Shown: one piece after another, positions 24,337-33,440 of the stretch
Layout of the letters: the number at the start of each line of letters is the position of its first letter
Numbering within the stretch: position 1 is the stretch's first letter
Source: Patescibacteria group bacterium
GTDB lineage: Bacteria; Patescibacteriota; Patescibacteriia; 2-12-FULL-60-25
Length of the DNA stretch: 53,911 nt
Assembly: GCA_038065635.1 (NCBI GenBank)
Contig: JBBTQP010000067.1
Span: 1 to 53,911, forward strand
Reading direction: 5' to 3'
The notes under the pieces: model-generated
Database searches by the model: none
What the model was told of the DNA's origin: nothing
The model's input: the letters and a program-made list of their open reading frames with translations, nothing else
Translations under genes and position numbers: made by a program

Positions 24337-24414
24337 ACGGTCGCGTTAAACGTTCAGCCGGTTACGGAACAGCAGTGGAATCTGATATCGAAGATCGCGA
24401 AGACGGGGGGTTAA
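24337..24414 (+). pseudogene. relic 3' end of a second EVE-domain gene
   Basis: Encodes ..NVQPVTEQQWNLISKIAKTGG* versus SVQPVTEQQWNLILKIAKTEV* at the end of the intact EVE gene (23709-23774). Most nucleotide differences are at synonymous third positions. Confidence 0.6.
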
Positions 24415-26591
24415 GCGGCTTGCTTGAGCGAGGCGAGCTCCTCTTGAATCTTTTTCTGGATTTCTTCATAATCCTTTTGTTCGTAAACATCCTTTGATTT
24501 GCCTTTCCCTGACGCTGCCGCGCGTTCAAGGTTTGCTAGAATTTGTCCCCTCGCATCGGTATTGGGTATGTTTTTCGCATCGTCTAAGAAGCGCTTCAGA
24601 GTATAGGCTATGTCCAGCCCTTTCCATGTAGCTTTTTCCGCAAAATTCGATACTGCCTCGGCATAATTCAAAAGACTGGCTTCAAACGCAGCTTCTCCTT
24701 TTGGACCGATCTTCTTCAACGCATCTCCATACTTCCCCATGTGATCTTTTGCACTTTTCCAACGGTTATCCGCCGCATACAACTCATGTTCCTCTTTTTT
24801 AACCGGCGTATCAAGAACATCTCCTTCAAAATCCTTAGCAAGCTTCGCGATCTCGTCCTTATTTAACTTAAAACCTCCGGGTTCCGCCTCTCTTCCCATC
24901 CCATTCGCTCTGGCTTGCTCGAGAACCTTGGTCATAAATTTTTTATCGGATCTTGCCTTTTCTTTAAATGAACTGACCAGGCGCTTTTCTTCTGCCTCTT
25001 CAAGCGTTGTCAGGCTTTCTTTAGCTCTATCTGCAAACTCGTCAATCTTTTCCGGGTTCTTATCAACGTAGTTCAACGCATTCCGCTCAAAATTATAAAA
25101 ACGTTCACTACCACTCCCACGCTTTTTATTTGCTTCCACAAAATTCCTCATTAAGCTATTTTCTAAGGTTTTTTGTTGCTCCGTCGTGAGAAGTGACTTT
25201 TTCAAATCTGACAATCGTTCTGAAAATAAAGCTGGGTCTAAATTTTGAACCGCAGATTCCACTGTCATCTCACTTGCCATCCCTCTTGGCAACTTATTCT
25301 CCATGGCCATTCGATAAAGTACGGCTTCGGCCAACTCACCTTTTTGGAGTCGCTCGTCGAATCCTTGGTCCACAATCTTCATATACTCAGCACGAGGAAT
25401 TGACGTTTCTCCTTCTTTAATTTTTCCTTCTTTTTGCAGCTTCGCAAGGATATCAGGCCGCTCTTGTTTCCAGTCATTATCCACTTTATCAAAAGAGGCG
25501 TCCTGGATTTTTTCTTTTTCTAAATCCGATGGAATTTTTTCAGCGGCGGCTTCTGGCTTAACTTCCGTAGATTTTTCTGCTTCCACAGCTTCAACCGGAG
25601 TTTCCGCGGGTTTTTCCTGTACGTCTTCTATGGGAACTCCAGCGGGAGCTTCAACTGGCGCCTCGGCTACGACGGCTTCAACTGGAACTTCCACAGCCGC
25701 CTCAGCAGGCGCTTCAACCGATACTTGAGCGGCTTTTATATCCTCCAACCTAGCGTCTCGAGATAATTTGAATGACTCGAGACTCTCTCCGCTCTTTATA
25801 GAATCCCCAAAATCTTTTCCGCTTTCAGTAGTGCCGTCAGGTGCTGTGAGAATATCTGGAAACTTCGCATCCTTCATCTGATCCAACATGGCGACTCTGG
25901 CCTTAAAAACATCCTCGATCTCCTCGGCGGTTTTCGCTTTAACGGACTTATCCTCCAACGCCTCCATTTGTCGCACAAATTCTACTACCTGTTCATTGGT
26001 CAATTCTTGCGCCTCCACGGCCTCGGCCTGAGCTTCGTCCGATGGAATTTTTTCAGCGGCGGCTTCTGGCTTAACTTCCGTAGATTTTTCTGCTTCCACA
26101 GCTTCAACCGGAGTTTCCGCGGGTTTTTCCTGTACGTCTTCTATGGGAACTCCAGCGGGAGCTGCTTCGACCGTAGCTTCTGCTACGGTCTCAACTGCAG
26201 CAACTTCAGACGCAGCTTCGACATGCCCCACTTCAGTAATTCCAGCTTCTCCGCCTTCTAACGCAGATAGTTCTTGATCAAGTGTCGCTAAACGAACCTT
26301 CAAAGCTTCATAACTATCTTTTTCTTGTTGCGCCTCCTGCTTAATCGTTGCCATCTCGCTCTGTACTTCGGGATTACCCTCTGCCTGACTTTCCATCTCC
26401 GCTATCTGCTGTAACGCTTGTACATTTTCCTGGTATTCGTTTTCCCGAGCGGCTAATTCAAATGTTATCTTCTCTCGATCCGCGACCTTTGCCTCTTTTT
26501 CAGCCTTTGCTTTTTCCGTTTCAGCTTTTTGTTTTTCTGCATCTGCAAGCTTTGCCCTGACTCCGGCTAGGCGATCCATTGGTCCTGCCAT
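24411..26591 (-). CDS. acidic Glu/Ala/Lys-rich coiled-coil protein with an internal duplication
   Basis: 726-aa ATG ORF with no TM or signal peptide seen. The 42-aa block PAGVPIEDVQEKPAETPVEAVEAEKSTEVKPEAAAEKIPSD occurs twice. Confidence 0.6.
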   Translation of the reverse strand: MAGPMDRLAGVRAKLADAEKQKAETEKAKAEKEAKVADREKITFELAARENEYQENVQALQQIAEMESQAEGNPEVQSEMATIKQEAQQEKDSYEALKVRLATLDQELSALEGGEAGITEVGHVEAASEVAAVETVAEATVEAAPAGVPIEDVQEKPAETPVEAVEAEKSTEVKPEAAAEKIPSDEAQAEAVEAQELTNEQVVEFVRQMEALEDKSVKAKTAEEIEDVFKARVAMLDQMKDAKFPDILTAPDGTTESGKDFGDSIKSGESLESFKLSRDARLEDIKAAQVSVEAPAEAAVEVPVEAVVAEAPVEAPAGVPIEDVQEKPAETPVEAVEAEKSTEVKPEAAAEKIPSDLEKEKIQDASFDKVDNDWKQERPDILAKLQKEGKIKEGETSIPRAEYMKIVDQGFDERLQKGELAEAVLYRMAMENKLPRGMASEMTVESAVQNLDPALFSERLSDLKKSLLTTEQQKTLENSLMRNFVEANKKRGSGSERFYNFERNALNYVDKNPEKIDEFADRAKESLTTLEEAEEKRLVSSFKEKARSDKKFMTKVLEQARANGMGREAEPGGFKLNKDEIAKLAKDFEGDVLDTPVKKEEHELYAADNRWKSAKDHMGKYGDALKKIGPKGEAAFEASLLNYAEAVSNFAEKATWKGLDIAYTLKRFLDDAKNIPNTDARGQILANLERAAASGKGKSKDVYEQKDYEEIQKKIQEELASLKQAA
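25525..25650. repeat. 126-bp perfect direct repeat, copy 1
   Basis: tccgatggaattttttcagcgg...ggaactccagcgggagct is identical to 26038-26163. Confidence 0.9.
26038..26163. repeat. 126-bp perfect direct repeat, copy 2
   Basis: Identical to 25525-25650. The 513-bp offset is in frame. Confidence 0.9.
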
Positions 26592-26664
26592 ACTATTTTC
26601 TTTAATAGAGTAATATTTGACTACAATACACCATTAAGGCACTATTTGAGAAGTAAATGTAATT

Positions 26665-26841
26665 ATGGCCAAAAAGAAAGAGGAACTACTTGCTGAGATG
26701 AAAAAGATTCTTTCTGAAATCAAAGAATCACAACGACATCTTCGAGATATTACGAAACGCGCAAAAACCGTGTACGTTAAGCTGAATAATATCGAAGACA
26801 CGAAGCACGTCGACGCTATACGAAAAAAATTAGGACTTTAA
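26665..26841 (+). CDS. possible small helical protein (58 aa)
   Basis: ATG ORF MAKKKEELLAEMKKILSEIKESQRHLRDITKRAKTVYVKLNNIEDTKHVDAIRKKLGL, below the track cutoff. ttgact lies 43 nt upstream, but the -10 is weak. Confidence 0.3.
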   Translation: MAKKKEELLAEMKKILSEIKESQRHLRDITKRAKTVYVKLNNIEDTKHVDAIRKKLGL

Positions 26842-26882
26842 ACAGATCCGAATCCAGAACAATTTTTTTTATTTCGAGGAAA

Positions 26883-26908
26883 TGGATTCCCGTCTTCACG
26901 GGAATGAC
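26883..26908. repeat. family B repeat, solo arm
   Basis: tggattcccgtcttcacgggaatgac. Confidence 0.8.
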
Positions 26909-26933
26909 AGAGTAGTCGGATGATAACAGTATC

Positions 26934-28346
26934 CTAAATCTTCAAAATCTCTATCTTATTCGCGCTACCCGGTTTTCCGCTTGGCGAGCCGGTCACGACC
27001 ACTACGCGATTCCCGTGTTTCAATTTTCTTTCTTTTCGTAGAAGTTCGATTCCGGCTTTAGCCATAAGTTCCGGGGTTTTCTTTTTTGATAAGAGATACG
27101 GCTCAATCCCCCACACAAGACGCAGAACTCGCTGAACATGCGGATCGAAAGTGCATGCGTAAAGCGGAACTTCCGGACGGAATGAGCTGATTTCTCTCGC
27201 CGTCGTTCCGCTTGCGGTTGCGATCACGACTGGCGCGCCGCCTAACGCTTCGACTACCACTCTTACTGTCGCGCCGATAACTTCCGGAACGTCGCGAGGC
27301 GCCGTAAAATTCACGTCTTTCAAATCGTCAAAATGAGATGCCTCGCACACTTCGATAGTTTCGGACATTATCTTAACCGCGCCGACGGGATTTACGCCTG
27401 TCGCACTTTCTCCCGAAAGCATCACCGCGTCCGCGTGGTCGATCACCGCGTTTGCGACGTCACTCACTTCCGCGCGTGTCGGGCGCGGATTTCTAATCAT
27501 CGAATCAAGCATCTGCGTCGCAACGATCACAGGAACTGCGCGTTCGCGGCAAGCGGCGATCAACTGCTTTTGGATGACCGGGACGTTCGCGGCCGGCGTC
27601 TCAATTCCCAAATCACCGCGCGCGACCATAACTGCGTCAACCAACGGTAGAATCTCGCTGAATCGATCGACCGCCTCCTGTTTCTCAATCTTTACAACGA
27701 TCCGAATCTTGCGGCCCGCCGGTCCCCTTTTCTCCAATATTGCACGCAAATCCTTCACGTCTTCAGGAGAACGAACGAAAGACAGTGCCATAAAATCAAC
27801 ACCGAGCTTAGTTCCAAAGATCGCGTCATCTCGATCTTTTTCCGACAAGGCAGGTAAACGAAGTTTCGTTCCAGGAAGATTAAATCCCTTGTGTGATGTC
27901 AGTAACCCTCCCTGTACGACCTCCGTAAAAATCCGACGGCCTTCCACTTTTTCTATCTTAACTTCCAGCAAACCGTCATCAAGCAAAATACTCTCTCCTT
28001 TTTTCACATCCTGATGAAGCGACTGAAGCGTTACTGGAATGTCACCAGGCAGCAAATCGGATCCTGTAGAAAAAACCGCACGTTTTCCTGAAACGAGTTT
28101 TATTCCTTCTTTTGGCAAATCTCCCACGCGAATTTTCGGTCCCTGCAAATCTTGAAGAATTCCGAAAGGTCGACCGAGGCGCTTCCCGACAAGTCCTAAA
28201 GTTTTTACGAGCCGCGCGTGATCCTCGTGAGTGCCATGTGAAAAATTCAAACGAGCCACGTCCATTCCAGCGCGTCCCATTCGGTAGAGAGTGGAGGGAT
28301 CGTGCGACGCGGGCCCGATGGTACAAACAATCTTTGTTCGTTTCAT
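26934..28346 (-). CDS. pyk: pyruvate kinase
   Basis: MKRTKIVCTIGPAS, ARLNFSHG, MVARGDLGIE, ATQMLDSM. Confidence 0.95.
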   Translation of the reverse strand: MKRTKIVCTIGPASHDPSTLYRMGRAGMDVARLNFSHGTHEDHARLVKTLGLVGKRLGRPFGILQDLQGPKIRVGDLPKEGIKLVSGKRAVFSTGSDLLPGDIPVTLQSLHQDVKKGESILLDDGLLEVKIEKVEGRRIFTEVVQGGLLTSHKGFNLPGTKLRLPALSEKDRDDAIFGTKLGVDFMALSFVRSPEDVKDLRAILEKRGPAGRKIRIVVKIEKQEAVDRFSEILPLVDAVMVARGDLGIETPAANVPVIQKQLIAACRERAVPVIVATQMLDSMIRNPRPTRAEVSDVANAVIDHADAVMLSGESATGVNPVGAVKIMSETIEVCEASHFDDLKDVNFTAPRDVPEVIGATVRVVVEALGGAPVVIATASGTTAREISSFRPEVPLYACTFDPHVQRVLRLVWGIEPYLLSKKKTPELMAKAGIELLRKERKLKHGNRVVVVTGSPSGKPGSANKIEILKI

Positions 28347-28357
28347 ATTTTTTTGTT

Positions 28358-29584
28358 TTATGGTTTGTCCGCGGTGGAAGTGGCGAATTCCCCTAAAGTT
28401 ACTGAAACATCCCTTTCTTCTCCATGGCGCAAAATACGAACATTTATTACGTCGCCTGGAGAATGCCTTCCGATCAATGAACTCAAACTGTATTCTTCAT
28501 TGATCTTCGTTCCATTCAAAGAAAGAATTACATCATTTTCAACAATCCCCGCTTTATCCGCCGGTGAACCAGGAATAACCGCGAGATCCGTTCTATCCGC
28601 GCCTCGCGAAATCAAAACACCGTAATCAACAGTAAGCTGATTTTTCTTTACGAGATCTTCATTTATTACTATATAGCGAATCCCCAAAAACGAACGCGTA
28701 ACGCGACCAAACTTCTGCACCTGCTCCAAATCGCGTTTCGCCAAATTTGCCGGAAGAGCGAACCCGATCAACTGTCCGGAAAATGATGTCGCGGTATTCA
28801 CTCCAACAACTCTTCCCTCAAGATCTATGAGAGGACCGCCTGAATTTCCTGGGTTTATAGCGGCATCGGTCTGTATAGCTTCTTCGATAGTTTCCGTATC
28901 CATATTGTTTTGCGCTTGAAGATGCCGATTCAATCCTGAAACTATTCCTTTCGTAACTGTATTACGAAATTCATCGAGCGCATTACCTATCGCTATAACC
29001 GTTTGTCCTGTTTTCAAAGCATCTGAATCACCGAATGTCACGTATGGAAATCCGTCGCCCTCTATATCGAGAATCGCGAGATCCAATACGGGGTCGCGCG
29101 CAAGAACTTTAGCGATTTTTGTTTCACCATTGCGAAGAATCACGGAGTATTCCGCATTTACATCTTCAACAACGTGCTTGTTCGTCACGATCAGTCCGTC
29201 AGAAGAAACCAAAAATCCGGATCCGCCTCCAATTTTCTTCATCCCCTGTTGCGATGGAACGCCTTGAGGAAAAATCTGTTCGCCTGTAAACGGATCGATA
29301 TATTGCGGTTGCGGAATTTTTGATAAATCTTTCGTGATTGCAATGGAGACGACTGATGGAAGAATTCGCTCTACTACCGCAACTGTCTGCGCATTTTCAG
29401 CAAGCGCTTGTTCTGAAAGAGGAACCGGAGCCGGAGGGGTTAAAACTCCGCTTCGATCTCCGCCGACTTCCCGAAAAAACCTGAACTGCGGTGTGAACGC
29501 CGTTCCCACGACGCCGCCGACAAAACCGGCAAGCAACGACCCGAGAAGCACGAGAACCGAAAAAGAAATATGAGAACGTTTCAT
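28358..29584 (-). CDS. HtrA/DegP-family serine protease with a PDZ domain
   Basis: GSGFLVSSDGLIVTNKHVV (His), DLAILDI (Asp), GNSGGPLIDLEGRVVGVNTA (Ser), and a C-terminal PDZ. Start taken at MKRSHISFSV; an upstream in-frame ATG at 29620 is possible. Confidence 0.9.
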   Translation of the reverse strand: MKRSHISFSVLVLLGSLLAGFVGGVVGTAFTPQFRFFREVGGDRSGVLTPPAPVPLSEQALAENAQTVAVVERILPSVVSIAITKDLSKIPQPQYIDPFTGEQIFPQGVPSQQGMKKIGGGSGFLVSSDGLIVTNKHVVEDVNAEYSVILRNGETKIAKVLARDPVLDLAILDIEGDGFPYVTFGDSDALKTGQTVIAIGNALDEFRNTVTKGIVSGLNRHLQAQNNMDTETIEEAIQTDAAINPGNSGGPLIDLEGRVVGVNTATSFSGQLIGFALPANLAKRDLEQVQKFGRVTRSFLGIRYIVINEDLVKKNQLTVDYGVLISRGADRTDLAVIPGSPADKAGIVENDVILSLNGTKINEEYSLSSLIGRHSPGDVINVRILRHGEERDVSVTLGEFATSTADKP

Positions 29585-29634
29585 GGCGTTATAATACTCC
29601 ACGCGGTTTTCCGTGACCATAGCTATCTCTAAAA

Positions 29635-29729
29635 GTTATCGCACTATAATATTTGGCTTATTGAAGCGAGGACTGTTTGAGCGAAGCGAGTTCCGCAGCG
29701 AGATAAGCCAAATATTATAGTGCGATAAC
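29635..29729. repeat. long perfect hairpin, copy 2: 27-bp stem enclosing the same 41-nt loop core
   Basis: 29635-29661 gttatcgcactataatatttggcttat is the exact reverse complement of 29703-29729. The core at 29663-29703 is identical to 9717-9757. Confidence 0.9.
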
Positions 29730-29735
29730 AAACAC

Positions 29736-30182
29736 TCACTTCAACTCATCCAATTCCTTCTTAAAAGATTTAACATCCTCGAACGAGCGATAGACAGACG
29801 CGAAACGAATGTATGCGACTTGGTCAAAGTTCTTTAATTGATTCATTACAATCTCCCCTATTGCTTGGCTCGTGATTTCATTTGAAGCGATACGCTGTAT
29901 ATCGCGCTCAATGGCGTGTACGAGTCCTCGAAATTCGGATTGCGTGTGCGACCGTTTTTCAAGAGCACGCTTTAATCCGCTTTCAATCTTATCGCGAAGA
30001 TACGCCTCGCGTCCGCCATCACGCTTTACCACCATCAAATCCAAAAGCTCCATCACTTCGTTGGTTGAAAAACGATGCTCGCAAGATTCGCACTCACGTC
30101 TTCGACGAACCGAAGCCCCGTCCGTCGCAAGACGCGTATCAAGAACTTTGGTGTCTTCATGATTACAAACGGGACAGTGCAT
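29736..30182 (-). CDS. nrdR: transcriptional repressor NrdR
   Basis: MHCPVCNHEDTKVLDTR...RRRRECESCEHRFST zinc ribbon plus an ATP-cone. Confidence 0.95.
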   Translation of the reverse strand: MHCPVCNHEDTKVLDTRLATDGASVRRRRECESCEHRFSTNEVMELLDLMVVKRDGGREAYLRDKIESGLKRALEKRSHTQSEFRGLVHAIERDIQRIASNEITSQAIGEIVMNQLKNFDQVAYIRFASVYRSFEDVKSFKKELDELK

Positions 30183-30198
30183 GAAAAAAGTCTATCAA

Positions 30199-30290
30199 GT
30201 CCATAAAGTCTGTAAAGTCCATAAAGACTAAAATATCAAATCTTATTTCCACGACCTTATGGACTTTATAGACTTTCGACTTTATGGACT
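30199..30290. repeat. word-repeat inverted repeat built from gtccataaag/ctttatggac units
   Basis: Left arm gtccataaagtctgtaaagtccataaagac and right arm ccttatggactttatagactttcgactttatggac, separated by a loop of about 26 nt. Confidence 0.8.
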
Positions 30291-30295
30291 ATTAC

Positions 30296-31600
30296 TCACA
30301 TCATCTTTTTTCTTATGAAAGCAGGGATTTCCAAATCGTTTTCTCCTTCTTCTTTTTCTGATACGCGCGGTTGCTGAGGAGCCGCCGGTCGCGACTGTTG
30401 TACCGGCGCATACGACGGCGTCTGTACGTGAGGCTGGCGCGGAGCGGGATTTGATTCAACTGGTTGCTGTGTGGCCGGTTCGATGACAGGTGCTTGAGTC
30501 ACGGGTTGCTGTCTTGGTTCCGGAGAAGCGTGGCGCGGAATCGGAGCTTGGCGAGCGGAAAACGGTAGACGTTCCAGTGCCTCCGGCTGGCGAGGTGGCG
30601 CATAACTTCCTGATGACAAAACGGATTTGATTTTCGGTCGATCAGAACGCGTTTCAAAACCGGTTGCGATAACCGTAACCTTCACTTCGTCCTTCATGGT
30701 CTCATCGATAATTGCTCCCAAAATAATTTTCGCTTGAGGATCCGCGGACTGCGTGATGACTTTCGCGGCTTCCGAAACTTCGTACATGCCGAGATTCGAA
30801 CCGCCGGTTATCGTGAACAAAACCCCTTTCGCTCCGTCAATGGAAACTTCCAGCAATGGAGATGCGATCGCACTCTTTGCCGCTTCCGCCGCGCGATTAT
30901 CGCCACTGCCTCGACCAATTCCCATAAGAGAGGATCCGCGATTGGACATGATGGAACGTACGTCTGCGAAATCTACGTTGATGAGACCCGGAACCGTAAT
31001 CAATTCTGAAATACCTTGGACACCCTGGCGGAGCACGTCGTCAACGATTTCGAAGGCATCCAAAAGGGATGTTTTGCGATCTACGATTTGCAAAATGCGA
31101 TCGTTCGGAATCGTTATCATCGTATCAACGCATTCCTCCATTTGATCATACGCATCGTCAGCGATGGTTTTGCGTTGCGCTCCTTCGAAAACGAAGGGAC
31201 GCGTTACCACGGCAACCGTTAAAGCGCCGATCTCTTTCGCCATCGCCGCGATCTTCGGTCCAGCACCTGAACCAGTTCCTCCACCGAGTCCGCAAGTTAT
31301 AAAAACCATGTCAGCTCCCTTGAGAGCTTCTCGAATTTCATTTTGGCTCTCTTCTGCGGCGCGAGCTCCGACTTCAGGATCCATTCCGGCGCCAAGCCCG
31401 CGAGTTACGGTTTTACCGATATGAATTTTCACGCTCGCCTGACAATGATGAAGCGCCTGCACGTCCGTGTTCATGGCAATAAATTCCACACCTCGAATTT
31501 TCGAGGTTATCATCCGGTTCACAGCCGAACCTCCGGATCCTCCAATTCCGACAACCTTAATCTTTACAAACGTTTCGACCGGCGGGTTTATCTCTGCCAT
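30296..31600 (-). CDS. ftsZ: cell division protein FtsZ
   Basis: [42 protein letters not shown]. Start at MAEINPP (ATG 31598-31600). Confidence 0.95.
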   Translation of the reverse strand: MAEINPPVETFVKIKVVGIGGSGGSAVNRMITSKIRGVEFIAMNTDVQALHHCQASVKIHIGKTVTRGLGAGMDPEVGARAAEESQNEIREALKGADMVFITCGLGGGTGSGAGPKIAAMAKEIGALTVAVVTRPFVFEGAQRKTIADDAYDQMEECVDTMITIPNDRILQIVDRKTSLLDAFEIVDDVLRQGVQGISELITVPGLINVDFADVRSIMSNRGSSLMGIGRGSGDNRAAEAAKSAIASPLLEVSIDGAKGVLFTITGGSNLGMYEVSEAAKVITQSADPQAKIILGAIIDETMKDEVKVTVIATGFETRSDRPKIKSVLSSGSYAPPRQPEALERLPFSARQAPIPRHASPEPRQQPVTQAPVIEPATQQPVESNPAPRQPHVQTPSYAPVQQSRPAAPQQPRVSEKEEGENDLEIPAFIRKKMM

Positions 31601-31706
31601 ATGCTTTGAATAAAATTTGTAATCATTCAGGACTCTTATGAGCCCAAAAAGTGTTCTCTCACCAAAGAACGATACAAACGCAACCAAAGATCGTCAAGCC
31701 GTCAAA

Positions 31707-31795
31707 TAGAATCTAGTATCTAGAATCTAGGTCTAAAACAAAAAAGTCCATTTCCATGCATTTTCCAAGATTCTAGATTCCAATCCCTAGATTCT
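31707..31795. repeat. word-repeat inverted repeat built from tctagaatc/gattctaga units
   Basis: tagaatctagtatctagaatctagg ... agattctagattccaatccctagattct, separated by a loop of about 36 nt. Confidence 0.8.
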
Positions 31796-31798
31796 TCT

Positions 31799-33064
31799 TC
31801 AAGGCATGAAACTTTTTCCTATTTTTTTTATCGGACCGATGATAGATTGTAATATTCCTTTTTTATGCGATCCGCTATTCCAATTTGGACGAAATGTTTC
31901 TTGATTTCTTATTGACTCAAATCCCCACTGTACGAGTCCAACCGCCGTGCTATACGCAGGATCATGTGCCAACTCAGGAAGCGAGCTTTGAACTTGCGCT
32001 TGCCCTACGAACGCTGGCAACTGAAGAATGCGTTTGGCGACATGAATCAGTCCCGACAATTTTGCGCCGCCTCCGGTAAAGACAATCCCTGCCGGAAGCA
32101 TTCCAGAACGATCAATTTTTTTCAGTTCATCTTCAACTTTTTCCAAAAGCTCTTCTACTCTCGCTTCTATTATCTCGCTGATGTATTGAATTGAAACTAT
32201 CTCGGATTGATCGGCTCCGTATTCTTGAACGTCGATTTCGTCTCGTCGCCCGACATCTTCCGGAACCGCGCTACCACGTTCACGTTTAATAACTTCCGCC
32301 ACGTCTAACGCAACGCGCAAACCGATCGCAACATCTGAAGTGATGTGATCTGAACCGATTCCTATGGTGGTCGCGTGCAATAACTCCCCGTCTTCATATA
32401 CCGTTAGACCGCTGGTTGAAGCTCCTATGCAAAGCACGCACACCCCAAGCTCCTTCTGGCGCGACGTCAAAACCGCCTCCGCTGCCGCTAATGGCGCATA
32501 AACCAACTCATCAATATCCAATCGCGTACGAAAAACGGCGCGCGTAATATTTTTTACGTGACTGGTCAATCCCTGAACCACCAACACATCCGCCTCGAGC
32601 CGAATCCCCTGCATGCCGATGGGATCCTTGATGTCTTTTTGACCATCAACCGTGAACCGTTGCGGAAGAAGATGTAGGATCTCCATGTTTGCCGGATTAG
32701 CACCTGCGCGAGCGGATTCTATGGCGCGATCAACGTCTTCCTTGCGTATCTCGCCGTCCGGACGCGAAACGCCAATTACGCCCTTTGCCTTGCTTGCGGT
32801 GATATGAGATCCTCCGATTCCGACTAATGCGCTTTGAATAGGAACGCCAACAAGCCGCTCCGTCTGCTCCAATGAACTCGAAATCGCACTAACAGCATCT
32901 TCGAGAGATGTAATGCACCCCTTTGAAAAACCATTTGACGGTGATTCCGTAAGACCAATGATATTAACGGATGTCCTGCGATTGTCTGAAAGCGAAACCT
33001 GACCCACGGCAATTCGTATGCGTGAGCTCCCCAGGTCAATACCAACTAAAATTTCGTCTTTCAT
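31799..33064 (-). CDS. ftsA: cell division protein FtsA
   Basis: Actin-fold motifs VGIDLGSSRIRIAVG and FTGGGAKLSGL. Immediately upstream of ftsZ. Confidence 0.9.
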   Translation of the reverse strand: MKDEILVGIDLGSSRIRIAVGQVSLSDNRRTSVNIIGLTESPSNGFSKGCITSLEDAVSAISSSLEQTERLVGVPIQSALVGIGGSHITASKAKGVIGVSRPDGEIRKEDVDRAIESARAGANPANMEILHLLPQRFTVDGQKDIKDPIGMQGIRLEADVLVVQGLTSHVKNITRAVFRTRLDIDELVYAPLAAAEAVLTSRQKELGVCVLCIGASTSGLTVYEDGELLHATTIGIGSDHITSDVAIGLRVALDVAEVIKRERGSAVPEDVGRRDEIDVQEYGADQSEIVSIQYISEIIEARVEELLEKVEDELKKIDRSGMLPAGIVFTGGGAKLSGLIHVAKRILQLPAFVGQAQVQSSLPELAHDPAYSTAVGLVQWGFESIRNQETFRPNWNSGSHKKGILQSIIGPIKKIGKSFMP

Positions 33065-33069
33065 AAAAG

Positions 33070-33438
33070 CTAAAACAAATCTTTCAAGTACGGTCCTAGA
33101 ATTGCTACACCTATCAAAGCTGAACAGATCGACGCAAGAAGGACGGCCCCTGCCATGAGATCTTTTACGTCTCTGGCGTATTCGTGGAGCCGCGGCTTGA
33201 ACAGATCAACCAGGCGCTCGACCGAGCTGTTCAACAATTCTAGCACAAGAACCCCGCCTACGCATAAAAAAAGCAAAAACTGTTCAACTCTAGTTACTGG
33301 AAAAATAAAAGAAACTGCGACGACAACTAAACCTACAAATAATTGCACTCTAAAACTTCGCTCTGTACGAAACGCTAAAAATATTCCTTTAGAAGCATTT
33401 GAAAAACTTTTCACTGTCTGATGAAATGGTGTGGGCAT
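33070..33438 (-). CDS. dgkA: diacylglycerol/undecaprenol kinase family protein
   Basis: 122 aa, 3 TM. ELLNSSVERLVDL and KDLMAGAVL motifs. Confidence 0.8.
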   Translation of the reverse strand: MPTPFHQTVKSFSNASKGIFLAFRTERSFRVQLFVGLVVVAVSFIFPVTRVEQFLLFLCVGGVLVLELLNSSVERLVDLFKPRLHEYARDVKDLMAGAVLLASICSALIGVAILGPYLKDLF

Positions 33439-33440
33439 AC

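Noticed and set aside
25525-26163. Diversity-generating retroelement TR/VR pair.
   Set aside because: The two copies are 100% identical with no adenine-specific mismatches. Both lie inside one gene, and no reverse transcriptase is in the window.
30199-30290. CRISPR array, considering here and the other short direct repeats including 47592-47634 and 52470-52503.
   Set aside because: The repeats are 9-13 nt words without regular spacers of 25-40 nt. They are organised as inverted arms, and no cas genes are present.
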